DNA of 64,000 nucleotides, from contig JAWQFM010000016.1 in NCBI GenBank assembly GCA_033442325.1, positions 1,283,679 through 1,347,678 of the forward strand, written 5' to 3'. The translations under genes and the position numbers were made by a program. This stretch comes from Salpingoeca rosetta (taxonomy: Eukaryota > Protista > Choanoflagellata). Positions 38,303-51,057 of the stretch are shown here, one piece after another. Numbering within the stretch: the first letter of the stretch is position 1; each line of letters begins with the position of its first letter. Under the pieces are notes generated by a model. The model did no database searches. It saw nothing but the letters and a program-made list of their open reading frames with translations, and was not told where the DNA came from.

Positions 38303-38854
38303 GCACACCCACACCCACCCACACGCACACACACATATGTACAAGCAAGCAAACAAACGCCCCCAGTACGCACATGCGGAGGTTCTCCAGGCTTGAGAAC
38401 ACGTTTCGGGGCAGGGAGGTGAGGCGGTTGCCTTGGAGATAGAGCTCTTCAAGGGAAGTGAGCGTGCTGAACACGTCCGCGCGCAGGCTGAGCAGGTTGT
38501 TGTCGGCAAGGTTGAGGACGCGCAGCTGCGTTTGACTTGCAAACGCCTCGTTGGGGAGGTCTGCGAGGGAGTTGTCGGCGAGGTTGAGCGTCTGCAGCCG
38601 CGTGAGCACTGACAGGCCCGAGCTGGTGATGGACGTGATGACATTGCCACGGAGGTTGAGCGTGACAATCTCATCGAGGATGAACGGCGTGGTGAACGAC
38701 GAGTAACTGACGGCCTTGACCTGGGACGAGTACATGGACAAGGATGTCACGTCCTCGGGAAGGCCAAACGGAATACGCGTGTAAGATGTGAAATCGCAGT
38801 TCACAATCGTGTCTGAGCAGCGGCAGATGTCAGACCCGCCATCGTTTCGGCACG

Positions 38855-38888
<34 letters not shown>

Positions 38889-39234
38889 GAGAGGGGGAGA
38901 GGATTTGGGTGAGTGTGAAAGTGAGTGCACATATAATGTGTCTTGAAAGTGGGCGTGCGGACAAGAGAACAAACACACGCACTTGTGGCACTGTCAGGAT
39001 GCAACCACAAACACACAAACAAAAGAACACTCACAAAAGTACCTGCTGCAGCATAAACACACAAACACCAACACACAAACAAAAGCACCTGCGGCAGCAT
39101 AAACACACAAACACAAACACAGCAGACGCACGTCTTGTGTTGAGGGTTTGTGGGTGTGCTGGCGCGGCAGAAAGTGCCAGCAGCGCAAGCAAAGCAAGGA
39201 AAGCAGCTCGGGCTGCCTTTCCTCTCCTCGCCAT
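36111..39234 (-). CDS. Secreted or cell-surface protein: signal peptide, LRRNT, ~7 typical LRRs, then at least 2 CCP/sushi-like modules; 3' end missing
   Basis: Signal [26 protein letters not shown]; [10 protein letters not shown]; repeats such as [19 protein letters not shown] and [19 protein letters not shown]; CCP-like DCG....C...C.PGY....F.C.ADGEW....C, twice. Confidence 0.85.
36644..36747. repeat. (GAT)n intronic microsatellite
   Basis: Visible directly in an LRR-CCP gene intron. Confidence 0.9.
37669..37756. repeat. (CAT)n intronic microsatellite
   Basis: Visible directly in an LRR-CCP gene intron. Confidence 0.9.
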
Positions 39235-39593
39235 TGTCGTCGTCGTCGTCGTTGTTGTGCTCCTTCTCCTTCTCCTCGTCTCCTCGTCGAAGCCTTCACA
39301 ACTCCACTCAAGCTGTTCCACGTTCGTGTGTGAATGCTGTAGCTGTTGAGCAGCAGCAGCAGCGGCAGCGTCTGGCAGTCGTCTTGTTGTTGTTTGTTTG
39401 CTGTCTTCTGCTCCACGCCATTTCACACAGCCGTGTGTTGAAAGTGCATGGAATCAAGGTTCACAAAAACAATTATGTATGACAATAAAAAAAATGTGCA
39501 AGTGGTTGTGTGTGACGGGCCCATTTGGCGCCACCATTTCGAACAACCCCCAAACCGTTCAACGATCAACCACCCACACCACCAACAGCCAAG

Positions 39594-41852
39594 ATGAACA
39601 ACGATGCCGGTGCGTGGGCGCTTGTGGTGCAGGTGCTGTTGGATGAGGTGGACAGGCTGGATAAGGTGAAGCAGGAGAGGTTCGAGGAGAAGGAGAGCGA
39701 ACAGGACTGGCGCCGCTACGTGGACATCGACAACTTCCCCATTGCGGAGGTCACGGCCATCCGCACCGTGCGCAGCCTCATGTTCTCTTGCAAGCACCTG
39801 TACACCGCGCTGCCAGAGGCGCTCCCAAAATGGTGCCTGCGCAACTGCAAGATGAGCTTCGTCTCCGTGTGGCTCGACACCTTCCGTGGTGGCCCCGGCG
39901 ACATTGGCGACGCGGCTTGGCTGGAGCAGCGGTTCCTCGTCTACACGTGGCTCGGTGTGCAGTGGCACAGCACGTGCCGCTTCCTCGATGCCCAGGCACG
40001 CACGCCGCTGTTTCGGGACACGTTCTCACGGTATGGGCAGGTCGTGTTCAGGGACATGCGTCAGATGATGCTTTGGGTGCAAGGCACCCCGGATTCAGCA
40101 ACAGCAACAAGCACAGCAACGACAAGCACAGCAACAGGCGCAGCGAAGACAACGCCTGCAAGTGCAACCACCACTGAAACACCTGCAAGCACCACATCAG
40201 CCACACCTGCAGCCACAACATCAGCCACATCAACCACCGCCACTACAACACCTGCAGCCACGACAGCTCCAGCCACTGAGCCTCAAGCACCAGTCACCAG
40301 CGCAGCTCCAGCTTCTACTGCAGCGACTGCAACAGCAGCAGCAGCAACAACCACAAGCACCACCAATCCAGCAAGCACCACAAATCCAGCAAGCACCGCA
40401 ACTTCAGCCTCTGCAACAGCAACGACGACGACAGCAGCAACGCCTTGTTTGCGCCTAAGTGAGTTTTCCCTGCAGAATGGCATCACTGTCAAGAGCAAAC
40501 AGCCGCTGCAGGCGTGGTCTGAGCTCGTTCGTGAACTCGGCGCCCAAAAGTGCCAGCACTTGGACCTCACCATGTACTCTGCCGAGGTGTGCAAGGGCAT
40601 GTGCTTGGAGAACATTGGAGACCTCCGCCTTTCGTGCCCAGGTGAGCTGACCAACGTGACCTTCCGCAACATCGACAGCATCCTGTTTGACAACGACAGC
40701 GCAACCTTCAACATCACGGGCAGCTCGCACAATGTGGGCAAGGTGTCCTTCTACCACGCCACGCTCGAAGACCTGAGTGGCCTCCGCGGCGTGCGTGCGT
40801 TCAGCATGCAGTGGAGCATCCTCAACGACGTTGCCTCGCTCTGCGACACAGAGGAGGTGCGGCTGTTTGAGTCGGACGAGGTTGCGGACCTTTCAGCGCT
40901 GCAGCACGTGAAAAAGCTCGACGTCATCGGCGGTGATGTGGACTCGCTCCAAGACACGCTGACGTTCCCCAACGCAGAGTTCATCTGCCTGCGTGGCGTG
41001 GGAGGCATCACTGCCCTCCACGCGCCAAAGGCCAAGCACATTGACCTTGGAGGCCTCTTCGAGCTGACAGAGGGCAGCTGGCCGAGAGAGCTCGACTACT
41101 ACGACGTACATTATTGCAGCCATCTCCGTCGCAAGCCACGGCTCAAGCACGTGCGCGTCCATGACCTGCGCCACCGCAACCCCTCTCGTCAGCAGCTTGT
41201 GAGTGCCAGCCGCCAGTGCGACCGCCTGTATGTGACCATTGAGGCGCAGGCGAAGGTGGACGCGCTGACGCAGCTGGCGCCGGCGTGTGACGTGTACGCA
41301 ACCATCCCTGATGCAAACATGATCAGGACCGAACTGCCGCCCAACGTCAAGCAGGCGAAAACGGGCCGCATGGCAATGATGGTGATGGCGCAGCAGCGCC
41401 CCGAATGGTTCGGCCGCCTCAGCAGCGAGATGCTGGCGGCAAGCACTGTCCTCGCCAACATGCAGCACGTGCACGAGGTGGAGCTGGAAGGATTTTCCGG
41501 CGACGTGTCTCCGCTTCGCAGTGTGCGCAAGCTCAAGCTGGTGGCTGATTACGACACGGCCGCAACACTGTCGGGTCTTTCGCAACTGCAGCACTTGAAG
41601 GAGTTGGAGGCAATTGGCTTCAAGTTCACGGGCGAGACCATCAAGGCAGACAGCATGAACCTCAAAGAGTGCTCTGGCACCGTGTCGTTTGTCGACACAA
41701 ACGCCGTGTACATTGGCAACTGCAAGAAGGAGTTTGTGGTGACCGAGGCACGCAACATTGGCTTTCTCATCCTCAGTGGCAGCCCTGGCTGCGAAGTCAA
41801 GCGCAAGGTCAACGTGTCCAAGTTTGTCAACAAGGCAAATCACTTTTGCTGA
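39594..41852 (+). CDS. Intronless ~752-aa hypothetical protein with Thr/Ala-rich linker and degenerate LRR-like repeats
   Basis: Uninterrupted ORF with GC3-rich codons. Repeats LEDLSGLRGVR, DVASLCDTEEVRL, DLSALQHVKKLDV, DVSPLRSVRKLKL, LSGLSQLQHLKELE. First ATG at 39594. Confidence 0.8.
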   Translation: MNNDAGAWALVVQVLLDEVDRLDKVKQERFEEKESEQDWRRYVDIDNFPIAEVTAIRTVRSLMFSCKHLYTALPEALPKWCLRNCKMSFVSVWLDTFRGGPGDIGDAAWLEQRFLVYTWLGVQWHSTCRFLDAQARTPLFRDTFSRYGQVVFRDMRQMMLWVQGTPDSATATSTATTSTATGAAKTTPASATTTETPASTTSATPAATTSATSTTATTTPAATTAPATEPQAPVTSAAPASTAATATAAAATTTSTTNPASTTNPASTATSASATATTTTAATPCLRLSEFSLQNGITVKSKQPLQAWSELVRELGAQKCQHLDLTMYSAEVCKGMCLENIGDLRLSCPGELTNVTFRNIDSILFDNDSATFNITGSSHNVGKVSFYHATLEDLSGLRGVRAFSMQWSILNDVASLCDTEEVRLFESDEVADLSALQHVKKLDVIGGDVDSLQDTLTFPNAEFICLRGVGGITALHAPKAKHIDLGGLFELTEGSWPRELDYYDVHYCSHLRRKPRLKHVRVHDLRHRNPSRQQLVSASRQCDRLYVTIEAQAKVDALTQLAPACDVYATIPDANMIRTELPPNVKQAKTGRMAMMVMAQQRPEWFGRLSSEMLAASTVLANMQHVHEVELEGFSGDVSPLRSVRKLKLVADYDTAATLSGLSQLQHLKELEAIGFKFTGETIKADSMNLKECSGTVSFVDTNAVYIGNCKKEFVVTEARNIGFLILSGSPGCEVKRKVNVSKFVNKANHFC

Positions 41853-41922
41853 CCACACACTGTGTGTGTGTGTGTGGATTGTGTGTGCGTGCGTGTGTGT
41901 GCGTAGATTGTGTGTGCATGTA

Positions 41923-41996
<74 letters not shown>

Positions 41997-42225
41997 TGTG
42001 TGTGTGTGTGCGTGTGTGTGTGTGTGTGTAGATTGTGCGTGCGTGTGTGTGTGTGTGTGTGTGTGTGTNNNNNNNNNNNNNNNNNNNNNNNNNNNNNNNN
42101 NNNNNNNNNNNNNNNNNNNNNNNNNNNNNNNNNNNNNNNNNNNNNNNNNNNNNNNNNNNNNNNNNNNNTCATCTGCGCGGCCAGTGACTCGTCATCGCGC
42201 TGTCATACATACACGAAAACACACG

Positions 42226-42261
<36 letters not shown>

Positions 42262-42592
42262 TCAGGATTTTGAGTGATGTTGAGTGGTATCATGGCAAGG
42301 TGAGAAGCAGCCGCACCAGCAAACAACACCGCGCAGAGCAAACACCTGTGCAGGCCAAAAGCCACATCAAGTTCACACGACATGATATCATCAGCGATCA
42401 ACATTGATACCGTTGGTGCTGCTGCAAGCTCCATTCCTTTGTGAATCAGCTGTCGCTCGAGCTCACTGTGCTTCTTCTCCAACCGCTTGTGGTCCTGCAC
42501 AGCAGCGGTGACAGGTGGCAGATTGCAATAGGGCGTGGGGGAAGAGTTGCCCGCGGGTCAGTGCACGCGGGTGTGTGAGTGTTCGCGAGCGG

Positions 42593-42686
<94 letters not shown>

Positions 42687-43091
42687 AAGAAAGTTACCCA
42701 GCCCTCCTTGCCTGCCTGCCTGTCTGCTGCTTGTGTGTGTGTGTTTGTGTATTGCGTTTTGCCACGTTCGAAACACTGTGTTTGCGTGCGTGCGCGCCAC
42801 CTCTACTTGCTTCCTCACGTTAGCTGCTTGCATGTTTTACTCCTCCTAATGAGCGAAAACAATCCACAGCCACCTAAGCCAAACTGAGCACCCAAAGATA
42901 TGCACATTCAACACAAAACAATCGCCGTTGTAACAGCAGCACTGCATGCACATGCTTGTGATGGCGAGAGGGGTAGGGGTGGGTAGAGGCGCAAGAGGCG
43001 GGGGGGGGGGGGAACAGGATGAAGTGACAACATCCCACCGCCACTGGTGTCTCCACCACCATGCCCACCACCACCACCATCACCATTACCG

Positions 43092-43418
43092 TCACTTGAT
43101 CTCGAGCACATCTGGGATGCGTTCGATGACGTGGTTGAGCAAGTGGCCGATGTACGCCTGCTGCTGCCGCAACCGCTCCTCCTGCTCCCGCAAATCGCGC
43201 ATCAGGTCATCGCGCCTGTGTGTACGTGTGTGTGTGTGTCAGTAAGTGAGTGAGTGAGTGAGTGAGTGAGTGAGTGAGTGAGTGAGTGAGTGAGTGAGTG
43301 AGTGAGTGTGTGTGTGTGTGAGTGTGTGTGTGAGTGTGTGAGAGTCGCGCCTGTGCGTACGTGTGTGTGAGTGTGTGCGTGTGCGTGAATGTTGGTGCGT
43401 GTGAGTGCGTGTGAGTGC

Positions 43419-43452
<34 letters not shown>

Positions 43453-43547
43453 GTGTGAGTGCGTGCGTGTGTATACTCACGAAGCGTCGCTCATCTGCGC
43501 GGCCAGTGACTCGTCATCGCGCTGTCATACATACACGAAAACACACG

Positions 43548-43583
<36 letters not shown>

Positions 43584-43914
43584 TCAGGATTTTGAGTGAT
43601 GTTGAGTGGTATCATGGCAAGGTGAGAAGCAGCCGCACCAGCAAACAACACCGCGCAGAGCAAACACCTGTGCAGGCCAAAAGCCACATCAAGTTCACAC
43701 GACATGATATCATCAGCGATCAACATTGATACCGTTGGTGCTGCTGCAAGCTCCATTCCTTTGTGAATCAGCTGTCGCTCGAGCTCACTGTGCTTCTTCT
43801 CCAACCGCTTGTGGTCCTGCACAGCAGCGGTGACAGGTGGCAGATTGCAATAGGGCGTGGGGGAAGAGTTGCCCGCGGGTCAGTGCACGCGGGTGTGTGA
43901 GTGTTCGCGAGCGG

Positions 43915-44008
<94 letters not shown>

Positions 44009-44594
44009 ATGACGCTGTGAACGTCAAAACAGTGACAACCATGTTTCACCATCATCTTGGCACCACATCACCAAACCCCTTGTATCCCTTCATCAGGGTC
44101 CTTCACCTGGTGTGCCTGCTGGAGCTCTTGCTCAAGTGCCGTCCGTTGTGACTCCATCTCCTTCATCTCCACCGCGTGTCGGTGCCGTAATGTTTCAAGT
44201 TCACTCTGCAATTCCTCAATCTCAGACTCGAACTTTTGCGCCTGTTCCGATAGCGACGCCTCAAGTGCCCCCTGTCACGTGCGCATGTGTACATGTGTGC
44301 ATGTGTTTGTGGTTGTGCGCATGCGTGTGCATGTGTGTTTGCAAATGAGCCACAAATGTCGTTGCCAAAAAACCAACGAGGTCACACCCACCAATACTTC
44401 ATCGCATACACACACACACAGAGCACAGCCCGTGTGTGCGCACCTCTGTCTGTGTCTTGATGCCCTCAATTGTCTGCTCGCGATCTGTCTCCAGCGCAGC
44501 GATTGTGCCCTGAAGTTCAATGACGTGCAGCCGCAGCTGCTTCGTCACCTGCTGCTCCCTGTGTACACGTGTACGTGTGATTGTGAGTGAGTGA

Positions 44595-44633
<39 letters not shown>

Positions 44634-45904
44634 TGCGTGCACGTGTGTGTGTCAGTGTAGATGTGTGTAACATCGAAAAACACGCATAGCGGTGCTCTTG
44701 GAGCTAAACGAAGACACTGACGCACGTACATGACACTCACACACACAGACACAGACACAGACACAGACACACACAAGGCGCATGTGCGACTTACTCTCGC
44801 ATGGAGTGCTTCAATACGTCGTGGTCCTCCTTCAATCTGTCGCGTTCGCTGGACACTGTCGCCAGTGATTCTTCCAACTCCGCGCACCGTGCTGTCAGCT
44901 CCTTCTGTATCTCCTCCTTCTCGCGTCTCAGCTGCGTGCACGTTGTGTTCATCTCGTCGACCCTGCACGCGTAAATCCAACCACAGACAGGCGTATGTGT
45001 GTGTGTGAGTGTGTGTGAACGTGGGTGAACGTGGGTGAATGTGGGTGAATGTGAGTAAACGTGTATCCATTGCGACTATGTTATTGTGCGCAGGGTACCC
45101 CATCACCACCACTGCCACTGCTACTGGCACCATCACCATCACCGCGCACCTGGAGTGCTCCAGTTGCTCCTCCACGCCGTCGAGCTGCGCCTCATACTCG
45201 GCGCACCTGTGAACATACGCACGCACACGCACACACGCACACACACACACACACAACACACACAACACACACGTAAGTTCAACAATCAGAGCAGCCTCGT
45301 CCCACATCATCGCCACCACCACCCATTGTCCATCACACCACCACTCATCACCCGGAACACCACCACCACCACCACCACCACCACCACCACCACCACCACC
45401 ACCACCACCACCACCACCACCACCACCACCACCACCACCACCACGACCACGACCATAACATCACGACCAATACGACCTTTGCTCAAGGCGTTTGCACTTT
45501 GCGCGGAGATCATCAATTTCGTCCTTGTCGCTGCGGTGTTCAAACTGCACATCCTCCACCAGCTGGTGCAGCTCAAGAATCTGCAAGGGGTGGAGATGGC
45601 GATTTGGAGGGAGGTTGCAGTTGGGTAAGCATGGGAGGTGATGGTGTTTGCAAGAGAGGAAGGTGTGAAGTGCATGGTGAGGTGTGAGCGGCAGCGTGCT
45701 TGCAAGCAACTCTGCAAGCAGACGAGCAAACAAGCAAACAAGCATGCAAGCAAGCGAGCAAACAAGCACCTTTGCTTCTTGATCTTGTATCTGGCGCTCC
45801 AGCGACGATGACCGGCTGCACACGCAGCAGCAAATATACACGTGAGGATGTGGTGCACGTTGTGCTCATGCACACTAGTCACACCCACACACACACCCAC
45901 ACCC

Positions 45905-45946
<42 letters not shown>

Positions 45947-45969
45947 CACACACACACACGCACACACAC

Positions 45970-46012
<43 letters not shown>

Positions 46013-46346
46013 CGCACACTCACACACACACACACACACACACACCCATCACACATGCAAACGCACCTGGTTCGCCTGTTCCGCGGGCTGGATTGGCTGG
46101 CGTGCTTGGACGACCATCCGCTGTCTGCATCAACGTCTCGACTCGCCAGGGACTGTGGCGATAGTGGCTACAAGCACGAGTACATGGCACCACGAAGGCA
46201 GGCGCCCGTTGATACACAAGGTGAGGACTTGGAACGAGGGCACTTGAGTTGAGCACTCATTTGAATGTTGACAGTGCTGTTGTGCACAATTGTGCACAAC
46301 AACGAACGTGCACAGTCAAGATAACAGGGATATAAACAGAGACAAG

Positions 46347-46388
<42 letters not shown>

Positions 46389-47235
46389 ACATCCACGCAC
46401 ACACATCTACGCACGCACACATCCACGCACACACATACACACACACATACACACACACACACGCATCCACGCACACACACACACACACGCACCTCAAACT
46501 CGTCTTGGTCTGATGGAATGCTGCTGACGTCCAGCATGACGTCTGGGTGGGATGCAAGCTCGCTGCCGCCGCCACTGCTTCGGTCATTCTCGCGGATGGT
46601 GTCGTGGGTACGGTTGTGTTGCAAGATGATGCTGTTGTCCTCGTCTGTCTCGTCCTCGCTGTTGATGCCGTTGGCGTCTTCGGCTGCAATGTTGGGCTCG
46701 ACGGTGCGGCGCTGTATCCGCGGTGTCTCTGGAACCTCCCCTTGCAGCGTGCGCACCCCTTTGACAAAGTTGGCAAACGTGATCCGCCCGTTGTTCTCAA
46801 AGTCCAGCACCTCCAGCGATCCCAAGTCCTGTATGTGCATGTGTTTGTGTTTGTGTGCGTGCGTTGAGTGCGTGCGTGTTTGCATGCGTGCGTGCACATG
46901 TGTGCTTACATGTGAGCAACTGTTTGCCTTGCTTGTGTGTGGGAGGTTGCAGCAGGCCCCCTCTAAACGAACCCGAGGAAGCGTGCCCAGAGCAGCCATC
47001 ACGAAGCAGCACCCGCTGCCCATCGTAAGCCCGCCCCAAATGACACACTCTCACCCCGCATGCATGCACCCATGTGTGATCAACTACAACCATCCATCAA
47101 CGCGCGAACCTCCAGGCCAGACTGTTTGGCAAACGTGCGCAGGATGTCGAGGCTGATGACGCCCTTCTTGTCCACGTCCAGCTGCTCGAAGATCCGCGCC
47201 AAGTCATCATCGGAGAGTGTCGTTGGCATGGCCAT
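43092..47235 (-). CDS. Rab11 family-interacting protein class II (FIP3/FIP4/Nuf-like): EF-hands, coiled coil, FIP-RBD
   Basis: EF-hand-like [16 protein letters not shown] and [17 protein letters not shown]; long coiled-coil exons; C-terminal [51 protein letters not shown] (Rab11-binding domain). Confidence 0.85.
45358..45445. repeat. (CAC)n intronic microsatellite
   Basis: Visible directly in a RAB11FIP intron; a similar array lies at 9768-9837. Confidence 0.9.
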
Positions 47236-47603
47236 GCGTATCGCTGCTTCCCATCACACAACCTCCAACCAACCAACCCCAGCTGTCGTGTGGGTTCTTC
47301 GTTGTTGTTGTTGTCGTGTGGTTCTTGTTGTCGTGGTTGCTGCGTTGCGTGTTTGGATTTCGCCAGCGAAAGTTTTGGCGAATAATTTGGATGCGGGAGG
47401 CAGCGCAGATGACTTTCAGACACCACAGACATACACACAGACATACACACAGACACTCACACACACAGACATACACACAGACACAGACACACACACAGAC
47501 ACACACACACAGACATACACACAGACACAGACACACACGCTCACACACACACACACACACAGGCACACACGCTCACAGACGCACAGACACACACATCACG
47601 AGG

Positions 47604-47972
47604 ATGATCCCGTTTGTTGTGTCTGGGGTACGGTTCGTGCTGTCGCTGCGCAACTGGCTCATGTCGCTGACAGACCCCACGAGCGGTGGCGGCACGGGAG
47701 GGTGGTGGGTGTCTGGGGTTGGTGCAGGAAGCGGCGCTCAGTACTTCAACCTGCTCGATTTCGATACACGGGACCTCGACGAGAACACAAGCAGCAGCAG
47801 CAGCAATGCCCGTGGCGGTAGTGCTGGTGACAGCGTGGGTGTGGATATGGAGGCGTTCGTGGAGGAGCGATATCGACGTGACGAGCGAGCGCGCAGCGTC
47901 CTGGCACGCAGACCGTCTCATCAGCGGCAACTGGAGGCACCACCGCAACACGCGGCCCTGACCAGCTCATGA
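47604..47972 (+). CDS. Small hypothetical protein (~120 aa), divergent from the RAB11FIP gene
   Basis: Non-repetitive GC-rich open frame (QYFNLLDFDTRDLDEN..MEAFVEERYRRDERARSVLARR) between microsatellite blocks. No recognisable family. Confidence 0.35.
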   Translation: MIPFVVSGVRFVLSLRNWLMSLTDPTSGGGTGGWWVSGVGAGSGAQYFNLLDFDTRDLDENTSSSSSNARGGSAGDSVGVDMEAFVEERYRRDERARSVLARRPSHQRQLEAPPQHAALTSS

Positions 47973-48430
47973 CACGGCTCTGCCTGCCTGTTGGTTGATG
48001 TGTGTATGCATGTGTATGTATATGCATGTATGTGCATGCGTGTGTTTGCGTGTTTGCGTGTGTGTGTATGTGTATGTATGTGTGTATGCATGTGTGTATG
48101 CATGTGTATACATGTGTGTATACATGTGTGTATGCATGTGTATGTGTGTGTGTGTGTTTGCCAATTTGCATGTTGTTGTTTAATTCACCAAGGCCTTTAC
48201 AACGCGCCACATTCTAGCTTGCATACTCTGCATCTAAGCGACAGTAAACGATTTACCCTCGTTCCCTTTGGCCCTCAACGCTCAGTGTACCTGCGACTGT
48301 GTGGTTGTGTCATCTATATTGGAGTGCAAGGACGCACACAGATAAGAAAGGAAGGAGCCCACGCCCACAAGCGCACACAAGCTCAGCATTGATTTCACAA
48401 CACACACATGCACACACACACATGCGGTGT

Positions 48431-49071
48431 CTAGAGTGGAGTGTAGTCGCTTGCGGGCGCACCGAATCCGCCCTGGTTCTGATCATCCATCATGTCGCCA
48501 GCATCATCATCATCAGCGTCGTGCGTTGGAGAAAGCGGGTCATCGTTAAGGAAGGCATCAAGCTCAGCCGTGTCGCTGAACACAGACGTGGTCGTCACCG
48601 CCGTTGCTGCGCTCGATGCGTCGCTCTTCTTGCTCTTCTTGCTCTTCTTCTTCTTCTTCTTGCTGCTGTTGCTGCCACTGCTGCTGTCAGCGCCCGTGCT
48701 GTGCTTCGCCTTGTCCTTCTTGTCCTTCTTTTTCTTCTTCTTCTTGTCCTTGCGCAGTTCGCTTCCATCAACAACGTCTTCATCACCAGCGACAACAACA
48801 CCATCACCGCCATCACTGCCACTCCTCTTGTCTTTCTGCTTCTTCTTCTTGTCCCTGTTCTTCTTGTCCTTCTCTTGATCCTTCTCCTTGCTCTTCCTCC
48901 TCCTGCTCCCACCTGTGCTGGCTGCATCATCACCACCATCATTGTCACCATCGTCACCACCATCACCACGTGCCTTCTCATCGCCCTTGCCTCTCCTCTT
49001 GGCAGCGTCAGTGTCATTATCGCTGCTGTCTTCAATAACACCGTCGTCACTAGCATCTTGCTCTTGTGGCT

Positions 49072-49103
<32 letters not shown>

Positions 49104-50005
49104 TGCTGTGTGCGTGCGTTCTCGTCCTCCTCCTCGCTATCGTCGCTCACCTCAATGTCGTCACCAACAGCAATCTGTCGCAAGGAACAAAGGGCAATGA
49201 TTGGTTGGCCAGTGAGAGAGTGAGAGAGTGAGAGAGTGAGAGAGTGAGAGAGTGAGAGAGTGAGAGAGTGAGAGAGTGAGAGAGTGAGAGTGAGTGACTC
49301 CAGGCGGAATATGTGTGTGTGTGTGCGCGTGTGTGTGTGTGTGTGTACTGACCTGCAGGTCTTCGTCGCTCACATCCTCATCCGCCATCAGCAGCTGTCA
49401 CGACAGCACAACACAACATATGGCGAACAAGACTTGGTGAGTTGATGAGACATGGTGTGCACAAAACATGTCACCCCTCGCAAACAGGGTGTGCAAACGT
49501 TGCTGCTTTGTTGTTTTCCTCACCGGATTGGGGCCACCGTCGTCGTCATCATCGTCGCCATCGTCGTTGGTGATGGGATGCTGCACGCCTTCGGTCATGA
49601 CGCCATCATCATCGTCATCATTGCCATGCTGCTGCTGCTGCTGCTGCTGCTGTGAGTGAGAGAGTGAGAGTGAGTGACTCCAGGCGGAATATGTGTGTGT
49701 GTGTGCGCGTGTGTGTGTGTGTGTGTACTGACCTGCAGGTCTTCGTCGCTCACATCCTCATCCGCCATCAGCAGCTGTCACGACAGCACAACACAACATA
49801 TGGCGAACAAGACTTGGTGAGTTGATGAGACATGGTGTGCACAAAACATGTCACCCCTCGCAAACAGGGTGTGCAAACGTTGCTGCTTTGTTGTTTTCCT
49901 CACCGGATTGGGGCCACCGTCGTCGTCATCATCGTCGCCATCGTCGTTGGTGATGGGATGCTGCACGCCTTCGGTCATGACGCCATCATCATCGTCATCA
50001 TTGCC

Positions 50006-50043
<38 letters not shown>

Positions 50044-50986
50044 CACTGCTACTCCCCTCCTCATCCCCATCACCACGACCATGCGATGGCTTCGTTTCTG
50101 TCTGTCGTGTCGCCGCTGCATCTGGCTCCGAGTCGGAATCGCTCACGGCGCCAATCTGCTCGGTGACACCACACGTGCAATGCACGTGGCGTGAGCGCGT
50201 GGGTGTTGGGGTGAGGGGGAGATGAAGAGCAATTAAGGAGCAGCCCTGACGCCCGCGACAAGCCCACACCCACACATACATAGATAGACACACACACACA
50301 CACAGGCACAGACAAAGATACACACACACACACACAGGCATTCGCACAGCTCACGTTTGCGTCGCTGTCTTCCACATCGGAAGCATCGGCCATCACCATC
50401 GCATCACCATCACTATCACTGCTGTCGCGCACGGCATTGGCAGCCTCAGCATCGCTCTCCTCAACGTCGTCGTCACCGGCAATCACAAACCCGCCAACAT
50501 CATCGTCATCATCATCATCATCGCCGTCGTCGGCGACAGCAGTGGTGGTGGTCGTGGGGGTGGTGTGTGTTTCTGCCTTTGTCTTTGCTGCTGTGTGTTG
50601 TGGCTTTGTTCCCTTTCCGGCGGCCGTTGCATCATCGTCGTCATCGCCAAAGAAATCGTCAGGCAGCTGCTCGTCTGGCGTGCGTATGTGTGCGTGTGTG
50701 TTGGGGGAATGTGAGCGGCGTGGTGTGTGAATGTATGCTGCGCTTGTACCAGCCACTTAAACACACAAAGGGATGCAAGGAATGATGATGGCGATGATGA
50801 TGGCGATGATGGTGGCGATGATGGTGGTGGTGGTGGTTGTACCTGGCACAAAGTCCTCAACGCTGGCGACCTGCTGTGGCGGGCGCGGCCCTGATGGGGA
50901 TAAGGTGACAGTGGTGACGGATTAAGCGTGAGGTGGTGCGCGAAGAAGTCACCAAACACAAGAACACACACACACACAAACACACA

Positions 50987-51057
<71 letters not shown>

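Noticed and set aside
40893-41858. 321-aa antisense ORF over the intronless gene
   Set aside because: Shadow ORF caused by GC3-biased codons on the plus strand.
42169-42686. Second copy of RAB11FIP exons and introns (matches ~43491-44006)
   Set aside because: Identical copy abutting a 100-N gap and ending in (TG)n: a typical contig-end misassembly rather than a real paralog.
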